DNA of 64,000 bases from Macrostomum lignano (Eukaryota). Below, one piece after another: positions 22,271 to 41,760 of this stretch. The translations under genes were made by a program, and so were the position numbers. Numbering within the stretch: position 1 is the first letter of the stretch; the number at the start of each line of letters is the position of its first letter. The notes under the pieces are model-generated. The model did no database searches and was not told where the DNA came from. It was given only the letters and a program-made list of their open reading frames with translations. Location of the stretch: positions 186,001 through 250,000 of the forward strand of contig NIVC01000124.1 in NCBI GenBank assembly GCA_002269645.1, given 5' to 3'.

Positions 22271-22486
22271 TGATGGTGCCGTAAGTTTACCGTGTTTCAG
22301 TTGTATAATAGTTATCGTATTTTTTAGCTAGAAGCGACAAAATCGATATATTATCTCCATATATTATATTATTGCCATAATATAACATCAAGTCATTAAG
22401 TCGCTATAAAAACAAGACTTGAATTTAAATCTAGCTCGTTTCTAATCTCCGTACTTCTCGATTGCAGCTGTGAAGAGAATAGGAGA

Positions 22487-23861
22487 ATGTCGCACCGAAA
22501 GTTCAGCGCGCCGCGCCACGGCTCTCTAAGCTTCCTGCCCAAGAAGCGTTCGCGCCGCCACCGCGGCAAGGCCAAGTCTTTCCCCAAGGACGACAAGAAG
22601 AAGCCGATCCATCTGACCGCCTTCCTTGGCTTCAAGGCCGGCATGACCCATATTGTGCGCGATCTGGACCGGCCCGGATCCAAGGCCAACAAGAAAGAGA
22701 TTGTCGAGCCTGTCACCGTTATTGAGACTCCGCCGCTCATGATTGTTGGCATTGTTGGCTACATTGAGACTGCCAAAGGTCTGCGCGCCTTCAAGACCGT
22801 CTTCGCCGAGCACCTGAGCGAAGAGTGCAGGCGCCGCTTCTACAAAAACTGGTTAGTGGTAATTAGCTTTCATTAAAGTCAGCACTACGCTAAACGGGCA
22901 GTAGAAATACGCCCTGTTACTCTCTTACCGTACCGTAGCTCTAAAGATGACGCAAGCAGCCAGCCACGTGCTAACCGCGGCCAGCTTTGCTTAACTTGTT
23001 GAACTAATTCATCTTTTTCCGGTCCTTAACAGGTACAAGAGCAAGAAAAAGGCCTTCACCAAGTACTCCAAGAAGTGGGCGGACCCGGCCGGTCAGAAAG
23101 AGATCGACACCGACCTGGCCAAGATGAAGAAGTACTGCACCGTCATCCGTGTGCTCGTGCACACCCAGATGAAGCTGCTCAAACGCCGGCAGAAGAAGGC
23201 CCACCTGATGGAGATTCAGCTCAACGGTGGCACCATCGCTGATAAGATCGAATGGGCCAAGTCTCACCTAGAGAAGTCTGTACCAGTTGGCCAGGTGTTC
23301 AGTCAAGACGAAATGATTGACATCATCGGCGTCACCAAGGGCCACGGCTACAAGGGCGTCACCAGCCGTTGGCACACCACCAAGCTGCCGCGCAAGACGC
23401 ACAAGGGCCTGCGCAAAGTTGCCTGCATCGGCGCCTGGCATCCGTCTCGGGTGGCCTTCTCCGTGGCCAGGGCCGGTCAGAAGGGCTACTTTCATCGCAC
23501 CGAGATCAACAAGAAGATCTACCGGATGGGCCAGGCCGTCCACCAGGCCGATGGCAAGCTGGTGCACAACGCCAGCACTGAGTTCGACTTGACCGAGAAG
23601 AGCATCACCCCGCTGGGCGGTTTCCCGCACTACGGCGAGGTCAACCAGGACTTTGTCATGATCAAGGGCTGCTGCATCGGGCCGAAGAAGCGCGTGTTGA
23701 CCCTTCGCAAGTCGCTGATGACCCACACTAAGAAGAAGGCTATCGAGCAGATCAACCTGAAGTTCATCGACACCAGCTCCAAGTTCGGTCACGGTCGCTT
23801 CCAGACTATTGCCGAGAAGAAGACGTTTATGGGCCCGCTGAAGAAGGACGCCAAGGAATAA
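22487..23861 (+). CDS. RPL3: 60S ribosomal protein L3 (uL3), 2 exons
   Basis: [23 protein letters not shown]. Exons 22487-22851 and 23033-23861; the 181-nt GT-AG intron splits the Trp codon of KNW|[11 protein letters not shown]. Confidence 0.99.
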
Positions 23862-23980
23862 GCGCGGCAAATGGACTGAGTTGTGATTAAGCGTCGGAAT
23901 AACATAACATAAATCATTTGTCTGTGCGACTGCGATTGTCGAGCTGAAGACTCTGTTGAGCAACAGAAAAAATGAGAGCA

Positions 23981-23986
23981 AATAAA
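23981..23986 (+). terminator. Probable RPL3 polyadenylation signal AATAAA
   Basis: Canonical hexamer 120 nt after the stop, with T/GT-rich sequence downstream. Confidence 0.6.
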
Positions 23987-24179
23987 CCGTTAATCTGTTA
24001 ACGCTAAAGCTGGATTAGGTTTGAACTGAGAGGCTTTAGTAAACCTGTGGATTGAAAATTTTCGAGTTCTGTCCAGTGTTTTACTTTTTATACCCGTTCA
24101 TTGTAGTGCATAGTTTTCTGAGAATAGTCGCGTAAAAAGTGTCGTTAGCAATCACTTAGTAGAAATAAGCTTTAGCAAC

Positions 24180-24845
24180 ATCTGTGCAATAATCGCCACT
24201 AGCAACCGTTGTTTAGGAGTTGTCCTTAGCAACCGTTTTCAGGAATTGCCCTTGACCGTTGTTTAAGAATTGCTCTTAGCAACTGTTGTTTAGGGATTGC
24301 CCTTAGCAACCGTTGTTTAGGGATTGCCCTTAGCAACCGTTGTTTAGGGATTGCCCTTAGATGAATTGCCCTTAGCAGCCGTTGTTTAGGGATTGTCCTT
24401 AGCAATCGTTGCTTAGAATTTGCCCTTAGCAACCGTTGTTTAAGAACTACCCTTAGCAACCGTTGTTTAAGAATTACCCTTAGCAACCGTTGTTTAAGAA
24501 TTACCCTTAGCAACCGTTGTTTAAGAATTACCCTTAGCAACCGTTGTTTAAGAACTACCCTTAGCAACCGTTGTTTAAGAATTACCCTTAGCAACCGTTG
24601 TTTAAGAATTACCCTAAGCAACCGTTGTTTAAGAATTACCCTTAGCAACCGTTGTTTAAGAATTACCCTTAGCAACCGTTGTTTAAGAATTACCCTTAGC
24701 AACCGTTGTTTAAGAATTACCCTAAGCAACCGTTGTTTAAGAATTACCCTTAGCAACCGTTGTTTAAGAATTACCCTTAGCAACCGTTGTTTAAGAATTA
24801 CCCTTAGCAACCGTTGTTTAAGAATTGCTCGTAGCAACCACTGTT
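24180..24845. repeat. 27-bp minisatellite (CCCTTAGCAACCGTTGTTTAAGAATTA)n
   Basis: Tandem units; 9-aa period of ORF 24226..24864. Confidence 0.96.
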
Positions 24846-25054
24846 TACAAATTTCCAATAGCAACAGTTAGATCAGGATTGTCCGCAGCAACAGCTGTGT
24901 GAGAATCACTTTTAGAAACAATTTCAGAGTCCCCATAACTGCTAAAAATGGTTGTTGAAATGATTTTTCCTTTTCTTTTTCGTGCATGCAAAACTGGAAT
25001 CAGTTTGGTTTTTTGTCTTCACAAGTCAATTTTATAAAATTTGATATCTAAAAA

Positions 25055-26170
25055 ATGTTCAATCGCTTCGTATTCGGCGGCGGGCCCGGGCCGCAGATGT
25101 CAAGCACATTTGAGACCACCTACCGGTGCTACTCAGCCAGCATGTTCACCGGCCAAGACAAGGTCAGACAGGAAGCCCAAACTGGCGGCAAGATTATCAT
25201 GCCCCAATCCGCTCTGGAGTCCCTAGTCCAGCTGCACATTCAATATCCAATGATATTCCGGCTGTCGAATCCCGTGACAAAGAAATTTAGCCACGCCGGC
25301 GTTATAGAATTCACAGCCGAAGAGGGCCGGGTCTACGTGCCCTATTGGATAATGCAGAATCTGCTATTGAACGAAGGCGATATGTTGCGCATCGAGAATG
25401 TCTCTTTGCCCAAGGCTACTTACGCCAAATTCCAACCGCAGAATGTCAACTTTCTTGACATTTCCAATCCGAAAGCTGTGCTAGAAAATGAGCTGCGTAA
25501 ATTTGCTTGCCTAAGCACAGGCGATATTATCGTATTGCATTATAACAATAAAGAATACGAGCTGCTAGTACAGGAGCTCAAGCCGGCTAATAGCGTCACT
25601 ATCATTGAATGCGATGTTAATGTTGAATTTGACAAACCGGTTGGCTACGAGGAGAGCACAGTGCCGAAGTCCGCTTCTCAGGCTAGCTTGCCTAGCGGAG
25701 CCGCCGGCGGATTTACCGACGGTCTCGGCGGCGCTACCGGCTTGCCGTTGATCCCAGGCGCCATGGAGGATCTCAGCCATCAGCCGGTTATTCCTGAGGG
25801 TGCTCGAAACCCGGATAGACCAGCCGCTTTTCCTGGCGCCGGTCAACGCTTAGACGGAAAATTGAAATCGCAACAGCCGCACGTGTTCTCCGCTGATGGA
25901 GCTACCGCAGCTTCCAGTTCCTCTGCTGCTGCTGTCAACGGCGGATTAACATCTGTTGACTCTTCATCTTCTTTAAACAGCTACTCGGCTAAGGAGCGCG
26001 GCGTTCCTAACTACGACTATCGACCTGGCGAGTTGCATTTTATTCGCAAATTTAACCGCGGCAACGGCAACGACAATGCGGCCGTTGACGGCGGCGACGC
26101 CAGCTCGTTTAAAGCGTTCGACGGCGCTGGGATGCGTTTGAAAACTGCTCGAACCGCCAAGCAGCGATGA
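25055..26170 (+). CDS. UFD1: Ubiquitin fusion degradation protein 1, intronless, 371 aa
   Basis: TYRCYS..GGKIIMPQSAL..SHAGVIEFTAEEG..PKATYAKFQPQ..IIECDVNVEF UT3 domain; C-terminal SHP-box-like AFPGAGQRLDG and FKAFDGAGMRL. Confidence 0.97.
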   Translation: MFNRFVFGGGPGPQMSSTFETTYRCYSASMFTGQDKVRQEAQTGGKIIMPQSALESLVQLHIQYPMIFRLSNPVTKKFSHAGVIEFTAEEGRVYVPYWIMQNLLLNEGDMLRIENVSLPKATYAKFQPQNVNFLDISNPKAVLENELRKFACLSTGDIIVLHYNNKEYELLVQELKPANSVTIIECDVNVEFDKPVGYEESTVPKSASQASLPSGAAGGFTDGLGGATGLPLIPGAMEDLSHQPVIPEGARNPDRPAAFPGAGQRLDGKLKSQQPHVFSADGATAASSSSAAAVNGGLTSVDSSSSLNSYSAKERGVPNYDYRPGELHFIRKFNRGNGNDNAAVDGGDASSFKAFDGAGMRLKTARTAKQR

Positions 26171-26199
26171 AGACTTATGAGAGAGATTTGCATAGATGT

Positions 26200-27230
26200 T
26201 TAAAGAGGGTTTATCGAAATGTTTAAGAGGATCTTTAGGGATTTTTGATTGAAGATAATCTATAGGGGTGTTTAAAGAGAATCCTCAGGGATGTTTAAAA
26301 AAATCTTTAGGAATGTTTGAACAGAATCTATAGGGATGTTTGAAGAGAATCTTTAGGGATGTTTGAAGAGAATCTTTAGGGATGTTTGAACAGAATCTAT
26401 AGGAATGTTTAAAGAGAATCTTTAGGGATGTTTGAACAGAATCTATAGGGATGTTTGAAGAGAATCTTTAGGGATGTTTGAAGAGAATCTTTAGGGATGT
26501 TTGAACAGAATCTATAGGAATGTTTGAAGAGAATCTTTAGGGATGTTTGAACAGAATCTATAGGAATGTTTGAAGAGAATCTTTAGGGATGTTTAAAGAG
26601 AATCTTTAGGGATGTTTGAAGAGAATCTTTAGGGATGTTTGAAGAGAATCTTTAGGTATGTTTGAAGAGAATCTTTAGGGATGTTTGAAGAGAATCTCTA
26701 GGGATTTTTAAATAGAATCCTTAGGGATGTTTAAAGAAAATCTATAGGGATGTTTGAAGAGAATCTTTAGGGATGTTTGAACAGAATCTATAGGAATGTT
26801 TGAAGAGAATCTTTAGGGATGTTTGAAGAGAATCTTTAGGGATGTTTGAAGAGAATCTTTAGGGATGTTTGAACAGAATCTATAGGGATTTTTAAATAGA
26901 ATCCTTAGGGATGTTTAAAGAAAATCTATAGGGATGTTTGAAGAGAATCTTTAGGGATGTTTGAACAGAATCTATAGGGATTTTTAAATAGAATCCTTAG
27001 GGATGTTTAAAGAAAATCTATAGGGATGTTTGAAGAGAATCTTTAGAGATTTTTAAATAGAATCCTTAGGGATGTTTAAAGAAAATCTATAGGGATGTTT
27101 GAAGAGAATCTATAGGGATGTTTGAAGAGAATCTATAGGGATTTTTAAATAGAATCCTTAGGGATGTTTAAAGAAAATCTATAGGGATGTTTGAAGAGAA
27201 TCTTTAGGGATGTTTGAACAGAATCTATAG
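26200..27230. repeat. 23-bp minisatellite (GAGAATCTTTAGGGATGTTTGAA)n
   Basis: Period 23 (26342 to 26365), with higher-order variant blocks. Confidence 0.96.
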
Positions 27231-28219
27231 AGACGTTTACGTAGGACTTATTGGTTGTTTAAAGAAACTACAATTAAAAACGCTTAGTTGTAAAAGTCAT
27301 CCTCTAAATGATGCTCCCCCTGAATCTATGTTTTTCTCCAGAATTCGGGTTGCAAGTATCATCAATTTTTGTTGCCATTGTAATTTGCATCCCCTTTAAA
27401 ACACCCCAGGTAGCAACCCTTTTTTGACAAAATATCAAAGTTTTTTCTCTTAGATTTAGGTTTTTGCTTTTAAACTACCTTATTCTTAATAACAGGTAGT
27501 CCGCAAATTGTAATTGCTTTTTTGTTAACATAAACTAGCTATATATGCATTGTAAACTGCCACTGGAGTTGTGTCTGCCTGACCATTTTAACATCATATT
27601 TTGCTTAACTGCTTACGCGGTATTAAGGGGGTATTTTATTTAAAGTATTTCAAGTTTCCCTTCTTATGTAGCTACTATTTTGTTGGGAATTTATTCTCTT
27701 TCAAGCCTTTGTATTTTTATTCAGATAAGATTACTACAATTGAGTAAGTAGTGAGTAAGATTTTTCAGTCACATTAAGGCCTAAAAGTTAAAAAATCGAT
27801 ATGAAGCTATCCAATGTAAATATATTTTTCCTGTGCTATCCTCTATGAGTAGGATAATATGCATATGTGTTATTAGCACATTGCACTTACAATTACATAT
27901 TTAAGTCTAATAGAATTATACTCAGTACTCTTGTGAATGCAACACTTCTTTCAAGTAACTTTCAAGGTAGCGGTCTGTTATCTTAATACTTGTATTTATA
28001 TATGCAGAATAAACCTACTATTATTGTATGAATTTCCCTTATATTGTAATCCGAAATGTTCTGAAGTGTAAAATATACAGATTTTATGTTCGCTGACTAA
28101 TATATATATCTTTTTTTGCATTGTAAACATCTATTTTGTTAAAATGTTTTCTTTAATCATACCAGAGTGAATATTCGGTTGGTTCACAAAATTTGATATT
28201 GATTGAATCAATACTGTGA

Positions 28220-29540
28220 GCCAGAGATCGCTGAGGACTTCAGAGGGTGTGAAAGCAGCAGACACAGCCAGAGATCGCTGAGGACTTCAGAGGGTGCGAA
28301 AGCAGCAGACACAGCCAGAGATCGCTGAGGACTTCAGAGGGTGTGAAAGCAGCAGACACAGCCAGAAATCACTGAGGACTTCAGAGGGTGCGAAAGCAGC
28401 AGACACAGCCAGAGATCACTGAGGACTTCAGAGGGTGTGAAAGCAGCAGACACAGCCAGAGATCGCTGAGGACTTCAGAGGTTGCGAAAGCAGCAGACAC
28501 AGCCAGAGATCGCTGAGGACTTCAGAGGTTGCGAAAGCAGCAGACACAGTCAGAGATCGCTGAGGACTTCAGAGGGTGTGAAAGCAGCAGACACAGCCAG
28601 AGATCGCTGAGGACTTCAGAGGGTGTGAAAGCAGCAGACACAGCCAGAGATCGCTGAGGACTTCAGAGGGTGTGAAAGCAGCAGACAAAGCCAGAGATCG
28701 CTGAGGACTTCAGAGGGTGTGAAAGCAGCAGACACAGCCAGAGATCACTGAGGACTTCAGAGGGTGTGAAAGCAGCAGACACAGTCAGAGATCGCTGAGG
28801 ACTTCAGAGGGTGTGAAAGCAGCAGACAGCCAGAGATCGCTGAGGACTTCAGAGGGTGTGAAAGCAGCAGACACAGTCAGAGATCGCTGAGGACTTCAGA
28901 GGGTGTGAAAGCAGCAGACACAGCCAGAGATCACTGAGGACTTCAGAGGGTGTAAAAGCAGCAGACACAGTCAGAGATCGCTGAGGACTTCAGAGGGTGT
29001 GAAAGCAGCAGACACAGCCAGAGATCGCTGAGGACTTCAGAGGGTGCGAAAGCAGCAGACACAGCCAGAGATCGCTGAGGACTTCAGAGGGTGTGAAAGC
29101 AGCAGACACAGCCAGAGATCGCTGAGGACTTCAGAGGGTGTGAAAGCAGCAGACACAGCCAGAGATCGCTGAGGACTTCAGAGGGTGTGAAAGCAGCAGA
29201 CACAGCCAGAGATCGCTGAGGACTTCAGAGGGTGTGAAAGCAGCAGACAGCCAGAGATCGCTGAGGACTTCAGAGGGTGTGAAAGCAGCAGACACAGTCA
29301 GAGATCGCTGAGGACTTCAGAGGGTGTGAAAGCAGCAGACAGCCAGAGATCGCTGAGGACTTCAGAGGGTGTGAAAGCAGCAGACACAGTCAGAGATCGC
29401 TGAGGACTTCAGAGGGTGTGAAAGCAGCAGACACAGCCAGAGATCACTGAGGACTTCAGAGGGTGTAAAAGCAGCAGACACAGTCAGAGATCGCTGAGGA
29501 CTTCAGAGGGTGTGAAAGCAGCAGACACAGTCACAGATCA
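28220..29540. repeat. 47-bp minisatellite, ~28 copies
   Basis: GCCAGAGATCGCTGAGGACTTCAGAGGGTGTGAAAGCAGCAGACACA; period 47. Confidence 0.97.
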
Positions 29541-29704
29541 GCTATTTTGCGGTCCCTAAAAAGGGACTTTAATTCCATAGACATCTTGATATCTCAAAGT
29601 AAATGGCATCGTTTAGCGATGAATCTTCTTTTTTAAAGGATTACTTTGCAAACATTTACACCAGACTTCTTACGCGTCGATAGAATCCATAAGAATCGAT
29701 CTTG

Positions 29705-33305
<3,601 letters not shown>

Positions 33306-33395
33306 TTGTGCTTGAGCTGCGACTTTATTTGGTCTGTTTCTGTCATTTCTGTGTCTTTTATTAGAGAAATTAGGGGGCTGTGTGCACCAGAAGTA

Positions 33396-33815
33396 TAGGG
33401 ATTGCAAAATCCCGGTATTTTTGCGATCCCGGGATCAGAAAATACAGGTTTTTAAGCTTCTTGGTTGAAATTTTAAGGCAAAATATGCGCTAAACATTTT
33501 TACTTCCATTTTTTATTGTTACAGAGATAATGATCTTTTTGTGGATGAAAACAGCATTATCGTGTGACGTATTTAAGTAAGTAGTATAAAAGTACTAATT
33601 AGTAGTAAAGAAGCAAATCAAAATCAAAATTTACATTGGAATAAATTTCACATTTAAATCTGTGATGCGGGGTTTAAAAAGGCGCCACGCGACGTGAGGC
33701 AATTAACGGTTAGCTCAGTATAATAAACTTGTTGTGAGCCCAAACATGTTCGTATTAAACACTTTTTGTAAAAATTAATAACAATAACCCCGGGATCCCG
33801 GGATTGCAATCCCTA
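33396..33815. mobile_element. hAT-like MITE (TAGGGATTGCA..TGCAATCCCTA), 420 bp
   Basis: 11-bp TIRs; CCCGGGAT subterminal repeats; candidate TSD ACCAGAAG (33386-33393, then an extra TA) / ACCAGAAA (33816-33823). Confidence 0.75.
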
Positions 33816-33982
33816 ACCAGAAATCCACAACCGGCGAGAGGCATTACTGCCCATTCCGCCGACTCCCCTGAGCAGGCACACAAGCGCGCGGATACGTACG
33901 CAGTCATACGCACAGCCACACACTCACACAGGAGTGCACAGCGGCCTTAAATGTATTTATCGTTAGGCATGTACACTTCAAA

Positions 33983-34073
33983 GACTACTCAAGTAGAAGG
34001 ACGGTAAACATCGTTTCTTGGAAAACTTTAGGAAGGCAGGAAGTTTTCATTTTTTCAGCACAAAAACTGTTAT
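33983..34073 (+). repeat. Dispersed repeat fragment homologous to 9301-9414
   Basis: Same alignment as at 9301-9414, with a ~30-nt indel between two matching blocks. Confidence 0.7.
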
Positions 34074-34375
34074 TAATTTTGATAGGAAGCAGACCCAGTT
34101 GTTCATTGTTTGATATGTCTGATATGTAAGTGCGTCAGTTTCTCAGTATCTGTTTGTTGTTTCTCAACAATATCCTAGCACAATAGCCATTATTACCTTC
34201 TTGACTCGAGTACTACTTATAGGTTTAATTTGTACTTCAGCTATACTTCTAATTAACCGTAAGAAATTAACAATTAATTACTAATTGCAAAGCGTAACAA
34301 AACTTTATTGAAAAATGCTCTCCTATTATTACTGAAATAAAATAAAATAATTCAAACTTTATTATTCGGTTACGA

Positions 34376-34900
34376 CAGGGTTCGGCAAACTTTTTTTACT
34401 TAAAAGGCCAGCTATAGAACCTAGCGCATGATTGCGGACCAGAGAAGGGGAGAGAGAGGAGTGAGAAGACACAAGAGAGAAGAGAGATAGAAGAAAGGAG
34501 TTGGGAGAATAATTAAGAAGATATGAGATAAAAGAAAAGAAGAGAAGGGTTAGAGAGAGGAGAGAAGGGGATGAGAGAGGAGAGAAGGAGATGAGAGAGG
34601 AGAGAAGGAGATGAGAGAGAGGAGAGGAGAGAAGAGAAGGAGATGAGAGTGAGGAGAGAGAAGGAGATGAGAGAGAGGAAAGGAGAGAAGAGAAGGAGAT
34701 GAAAGAGGAGAGAAGAGAAGGAGATGAGAGAGGAGAGAAGAGGAGATGAGAGAGAGAAGAGAAACAAAGGAGATGAGACTGGGGAGAGAGGATATTAAAG
34801 AGAAGGGAGCTGAGAAGAGACAGAACTTCGAGCGGGCCAGATTGCTTTTGTGAAGTTTCAAAGGACCCGAGAGCCGGATAGAGAGGCTTCGCGGGCCGCA
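34376..34900. mobile_element. Probable hAT-Charlie-like MITE with an internal GA-rich tract
   Basis: Starts CAGGGTTCGGCAAACTTTTTT; contains GCGGGCCAGATT and GCGGGCCGCATG, motifs typical of Charlie-type MITEs as recalled. Right terminus and TSD not confirmed. Confidence 0.45.
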
Positions 34901-35371
34901 TGGGGCGAGCTGCGGGTACAACCCTCAGCCATTCCAAGGGTTAGTCAGCTGGGTGCAACCATTCTCAACAGAGGCGCTAACACCCCTCGGCCATTCCGCC
35001 AACCCCATGACCTGTGGGTGCGTGTCGGCCCCGTTTAAAGATCTGAGTTCAGCTTAGACTTAGAGATAAATAAAGACACCTTATTAGCACTTTCCTAAAA
35101 TGATCAATACGCTTAGGGAACCATATGCGGCTATTTCCCTTTGATCTTTTGGTAATATGGAATAATTACGCAATAACGATCTCATCCTCAGCTGCCCGGA
35201 GTTATCTCTATAGTGTACTTTCGACTATCTGTCTGACCCGAAACCCCACCCATCCCTCAGACTTAGCGGTTTCCTTTCTCTCCGACTGGCCCAGCCGGGG
35301 GGGGGGGCTCAGAAGGATAAATTTGAGACACCAGCAAGCACAGAGCAGACTCAATTGCAAAAATTTCGAAA

Positions 35372-37887
<2,516 letters not shown>

Positions 37888-38049
37888 CTTAGCTGACAAT
37901 GAATTTGACTTAATTCAATATTTCTTACAATACTTCTACTACAAGTAGTCGAATTTGAATTTTCAGTAAATTGTTTAGTTTCTGCAAAAAGTATTTCTTT
38001 GGCTCTTATTTCCATTTTTACAAAGTGAATAAAACTGTATTTATTTAAA

Positions 38050-39325
38050 ACAGACAGACTGTGTCTCTTGAGTTTGGCGCTGCTGTGTCTCTTGAGTTTG
38101 GCGCCACTGTGTCTCTTGAGTTTGGCGCCACTGTATCTCTTGAGTTTGGCGCCACTGTATCTCTTGAGTTTGGCGCCACTGTGTCTCTTGAGTTTGGCGC
38201 CACTGTATCTCTTGAGTTTGGCGCCACTGTGTCTCTTGAGTTTGGCGCCACTGTATCTCTTGAGTTTGGCGCTACTGTGTCTCTTGAGTTTGGCGCTACT
38301 GTGTCTCTTGAGTTTGGCGCCACTGTGTCTCTTGAGTTTGGCGCCACTGCGTCTCTTGAGTTTGGCGCCACTGTATCTCCTGAGTTTGGCGCCACTGTAT
38401 CTCTTGAGTTTGGCGCCACTGTGTCTCTTGAGTTTGGTGCCACTGTATCTCTTGAGTTTGGCGCCACTGTGTCTCTTGAGTTTGGCGCCACTGTATCTCT
38501 TGAGTTTGGCGCTACTGTGTCTCTTGAGTTTGGCGCCACTGTGTCTCTTGAGTTTGGCGCCACTGTGTCTCTTGAGTTTAGTGCCACTGCATGTGTCTCT
38601 TGAGTTTGGCGCCACTGTGTCTCTTGAGTTTAGTGCCACTGCATGTGTCTTTTAAGTTTGGCACCACTGTGTCTCTTTAGTTTGGCGCCACTGTGTCTCT
38701 TGAGTTTGGCGCCACTGTATCTCTTGAGTTTGGCGCCACTGCATCTCTTGAGTTTGGCGCCACTGTATCTCTTGAGTTTGGCGCCACTGTGTCTCTTGAG
38801 TTTGGCGCCACTGTATCTCTTGAGTTTGGCGCTACTGTGTCTCTTGAGTTTGGCGCCACTGTGTCTCTTGAGTTTGGCGCCACTGTGTCTCTTGAGTTTA
38901 GTGCCACTGCATGTGTCTCTTGAGTTTGGCGCCACTGTGTCTCTTGAGTTTAGTGCCACTGCATGTGTCTTTTAAGTTTGGCACCACTGTGTCTCTTTAG
39001 TTTGGCGCCACTGTGTCTCTTGAGTTTGGCGCCACTGTATCTCTTGAGTTTGGCGCCACTGCATCTCTTGAGTTTGGCGCCACTGTATCTCTTGAGTTTG
39101 GCGCCACTGTGTCTCTTGAGTTTGGCGCCACTGTGTCTCTTGAGTTTGGCGCCACTGTATCTCTTGAGTTTGGCGCCACTGCATCTCTTGAGTTTGGCGC
39201 CACTGTATCTCTTGAGTTTGGCGCCACTGTGTCTCTTGAGTTTGGCGCCACTGTGTCTCTTGAGTTTGGCGCCACTGTATCTCTTGAGTTTGGCGCCACT
39301 GAATCTTTTCTAGTTTGGCGCCCTT
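38050..39325. repeat. 24-bp minisatellite (CTGTGTCTCTTGAGTTTGGCGCCA)n with a 320-bp higher-order duplication
   Basis: 8-aa periodic ORFs; the variant block near 38575-38700 recurs 320 bp later. Confidence 0.97.
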
Positions 39326-40064
39326 CTTGGCTACCAGCTACCTTCTCAAGCTGCTCCTTCAATGCGTGGCGTTCCCAAGAATGACCCTTGATGAGTTATG
39401 ATGAAGTACAGGAGAGCGAAGAGTAGATAAAATCTTGGCTATCCATAGCCACTCTAGAAAACTCTTAAAGCAGTGTTAAGCCTCATCCAGTCATAGGCTA
39501 GAAAGGATGTAAGGATCATGATAGCAACTTGTCTACAGTGCACTGCAGTCACAGCAAAGCCAGGGCACTCAGCGAACTCTGCTTCATCTCGGTAATTTGT
39601 GAGGCCCCCTGAGGGGAAAAATCTTGAGTAGGCCAAGCTTGATAGAAGTTCGACCGTAGCCAGAATTGAAGTGATTATGAAACTACACTGGGATTGCATA
39701 CGAAGCTGCTAGGGATGCGCGTCATTCCTTGTGCTGAGGCGGCACTTTATTCGATTTTCACATCACTTCGGCTCTCTTATTTTCTCTGATGAGGGCCATC
39801 CTTGACAAGGGAGCGAAGTATAGGGGAGAAGGAGTGAGTGAGAGAGAGAGAGAGAGAGAGAGATCCCCAAGGAAACGAGAATTGAAGCTGAGGAGAGATT
39901 CTGAACGTTGAGTGGCAGTAAGAGTGGGGATCAAAGAAATGGGACCGTACTGTGTCCGGCCAAGGAGGCCCTGAGCAAGAGCTCGGAGTGCCAACTGCCA
40001 TCCAAACCCTATATTTATTGACCAATTTTAGCTGCGATATGCCCATCTGTTCACGCTTTAGGGA

Positions 40065-40770
<706 letters not shown>

Positions 40771-41339
40771 GACATTTTCTCATCATAAGGTTCGTATGCC
40801 TAGCTATGAACAGAAAAATCGAAGAACTGTTCTGAACTACAATGTTAACAACAGCAGTAGACACTAAGTAAACTCCATTGGGTCTACAAGAATCTCCTTG
40901 ACCACGCCCTATAGCAGCTATGATTGGTTACCAGTGGGTGTGTAGTGGCCTTCATACTTGCTTCTATTTAGCTCAGATCTGTCTGTCGCATCGCTTCTCT
41001 CAGCTCTCTCTTGTGTGTTTGAGACCTTAGTCCCATCCGCCCTCAAGAGACATTTCCTTCTAGCTAAGAGACTTGCACATTGAGCGGTGAATTAACTAGA
41101 GTAGCCTTTCATAGAAAACTTTGCCTCAAGTTGAGAAGTTGAATTTGTCATATTTTTAACTGTTACTTTTAGTATAACTAAATCTTTTTCAATATCATAG
41201 ATTTTCTAATGGAAAAACTTGACAATTTTCAACAACAAGAAATTGATTGTAACGCCGAGAATGGCGTAAAATTAATTGCGTCAGAGCTCAGCGCTGGGTG
41301 AGTTAATCTGCAAATTTGCATGGTCTGGTTTTTGGATTT

Positions 41340-41760
41340 TTGTGGCGCCAAAGTGGATATTTTTGTGGCGCCAAAGTGGATATTTTTGTGGCGCCAAAGT
41401 GGATATTTTTGTGGCGTCAAAGTGGATATTTTTGTGGCGCCAAAGTTGGAACTTTTTAAGTCAACAAAGCGGACATTTTTGAGGTACCAAAATGGAAATT
41501 TTAGGGCGCCACTGTGGACATGTCAGTATTGGCGCCATGACAGTGTGGACATGTCAGTATTGGCGCCATGACAGTGTGGACATGTCAGTATTGGCGCCAT
41601 GACTGTGTGGACATGTCAGTATTGGCGCCATGACTGTGTGGACATGTCAGTATTGGCGCCATGACAGTAGACATGTCAATATTGGCACCATGACAGTAGA
41701 CATGTCAGTATTGGCGCCATGACTGTGTGGACATGTCAGTATTGGCGCCACTAGATTTTA
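41340..41760. repeat. Two adjacent GGCGCC-core arrays (TTTTTGTGGCGCCAAAGTGGATA; GTGGACATGTCAGTATTGGCGCCATGAC)
   Basis: Seen directly. Confidence 0.9.

Noticed and set aside
22852-23032. Intronic snoRNA, as hosted by vertebrate RPL3
   Set aside because: No RTGATGA/CTGA box pair and no convincing two-hairpin H/ACA layout.
28220-29540. Hammerhead ribozyme in the 47-bp satellite (CTGAGGA..GAAA)
   Set aside because: Core-like words are present, but stem II lacks the closing G-C pair and no stem I or III can form around an NUH site.
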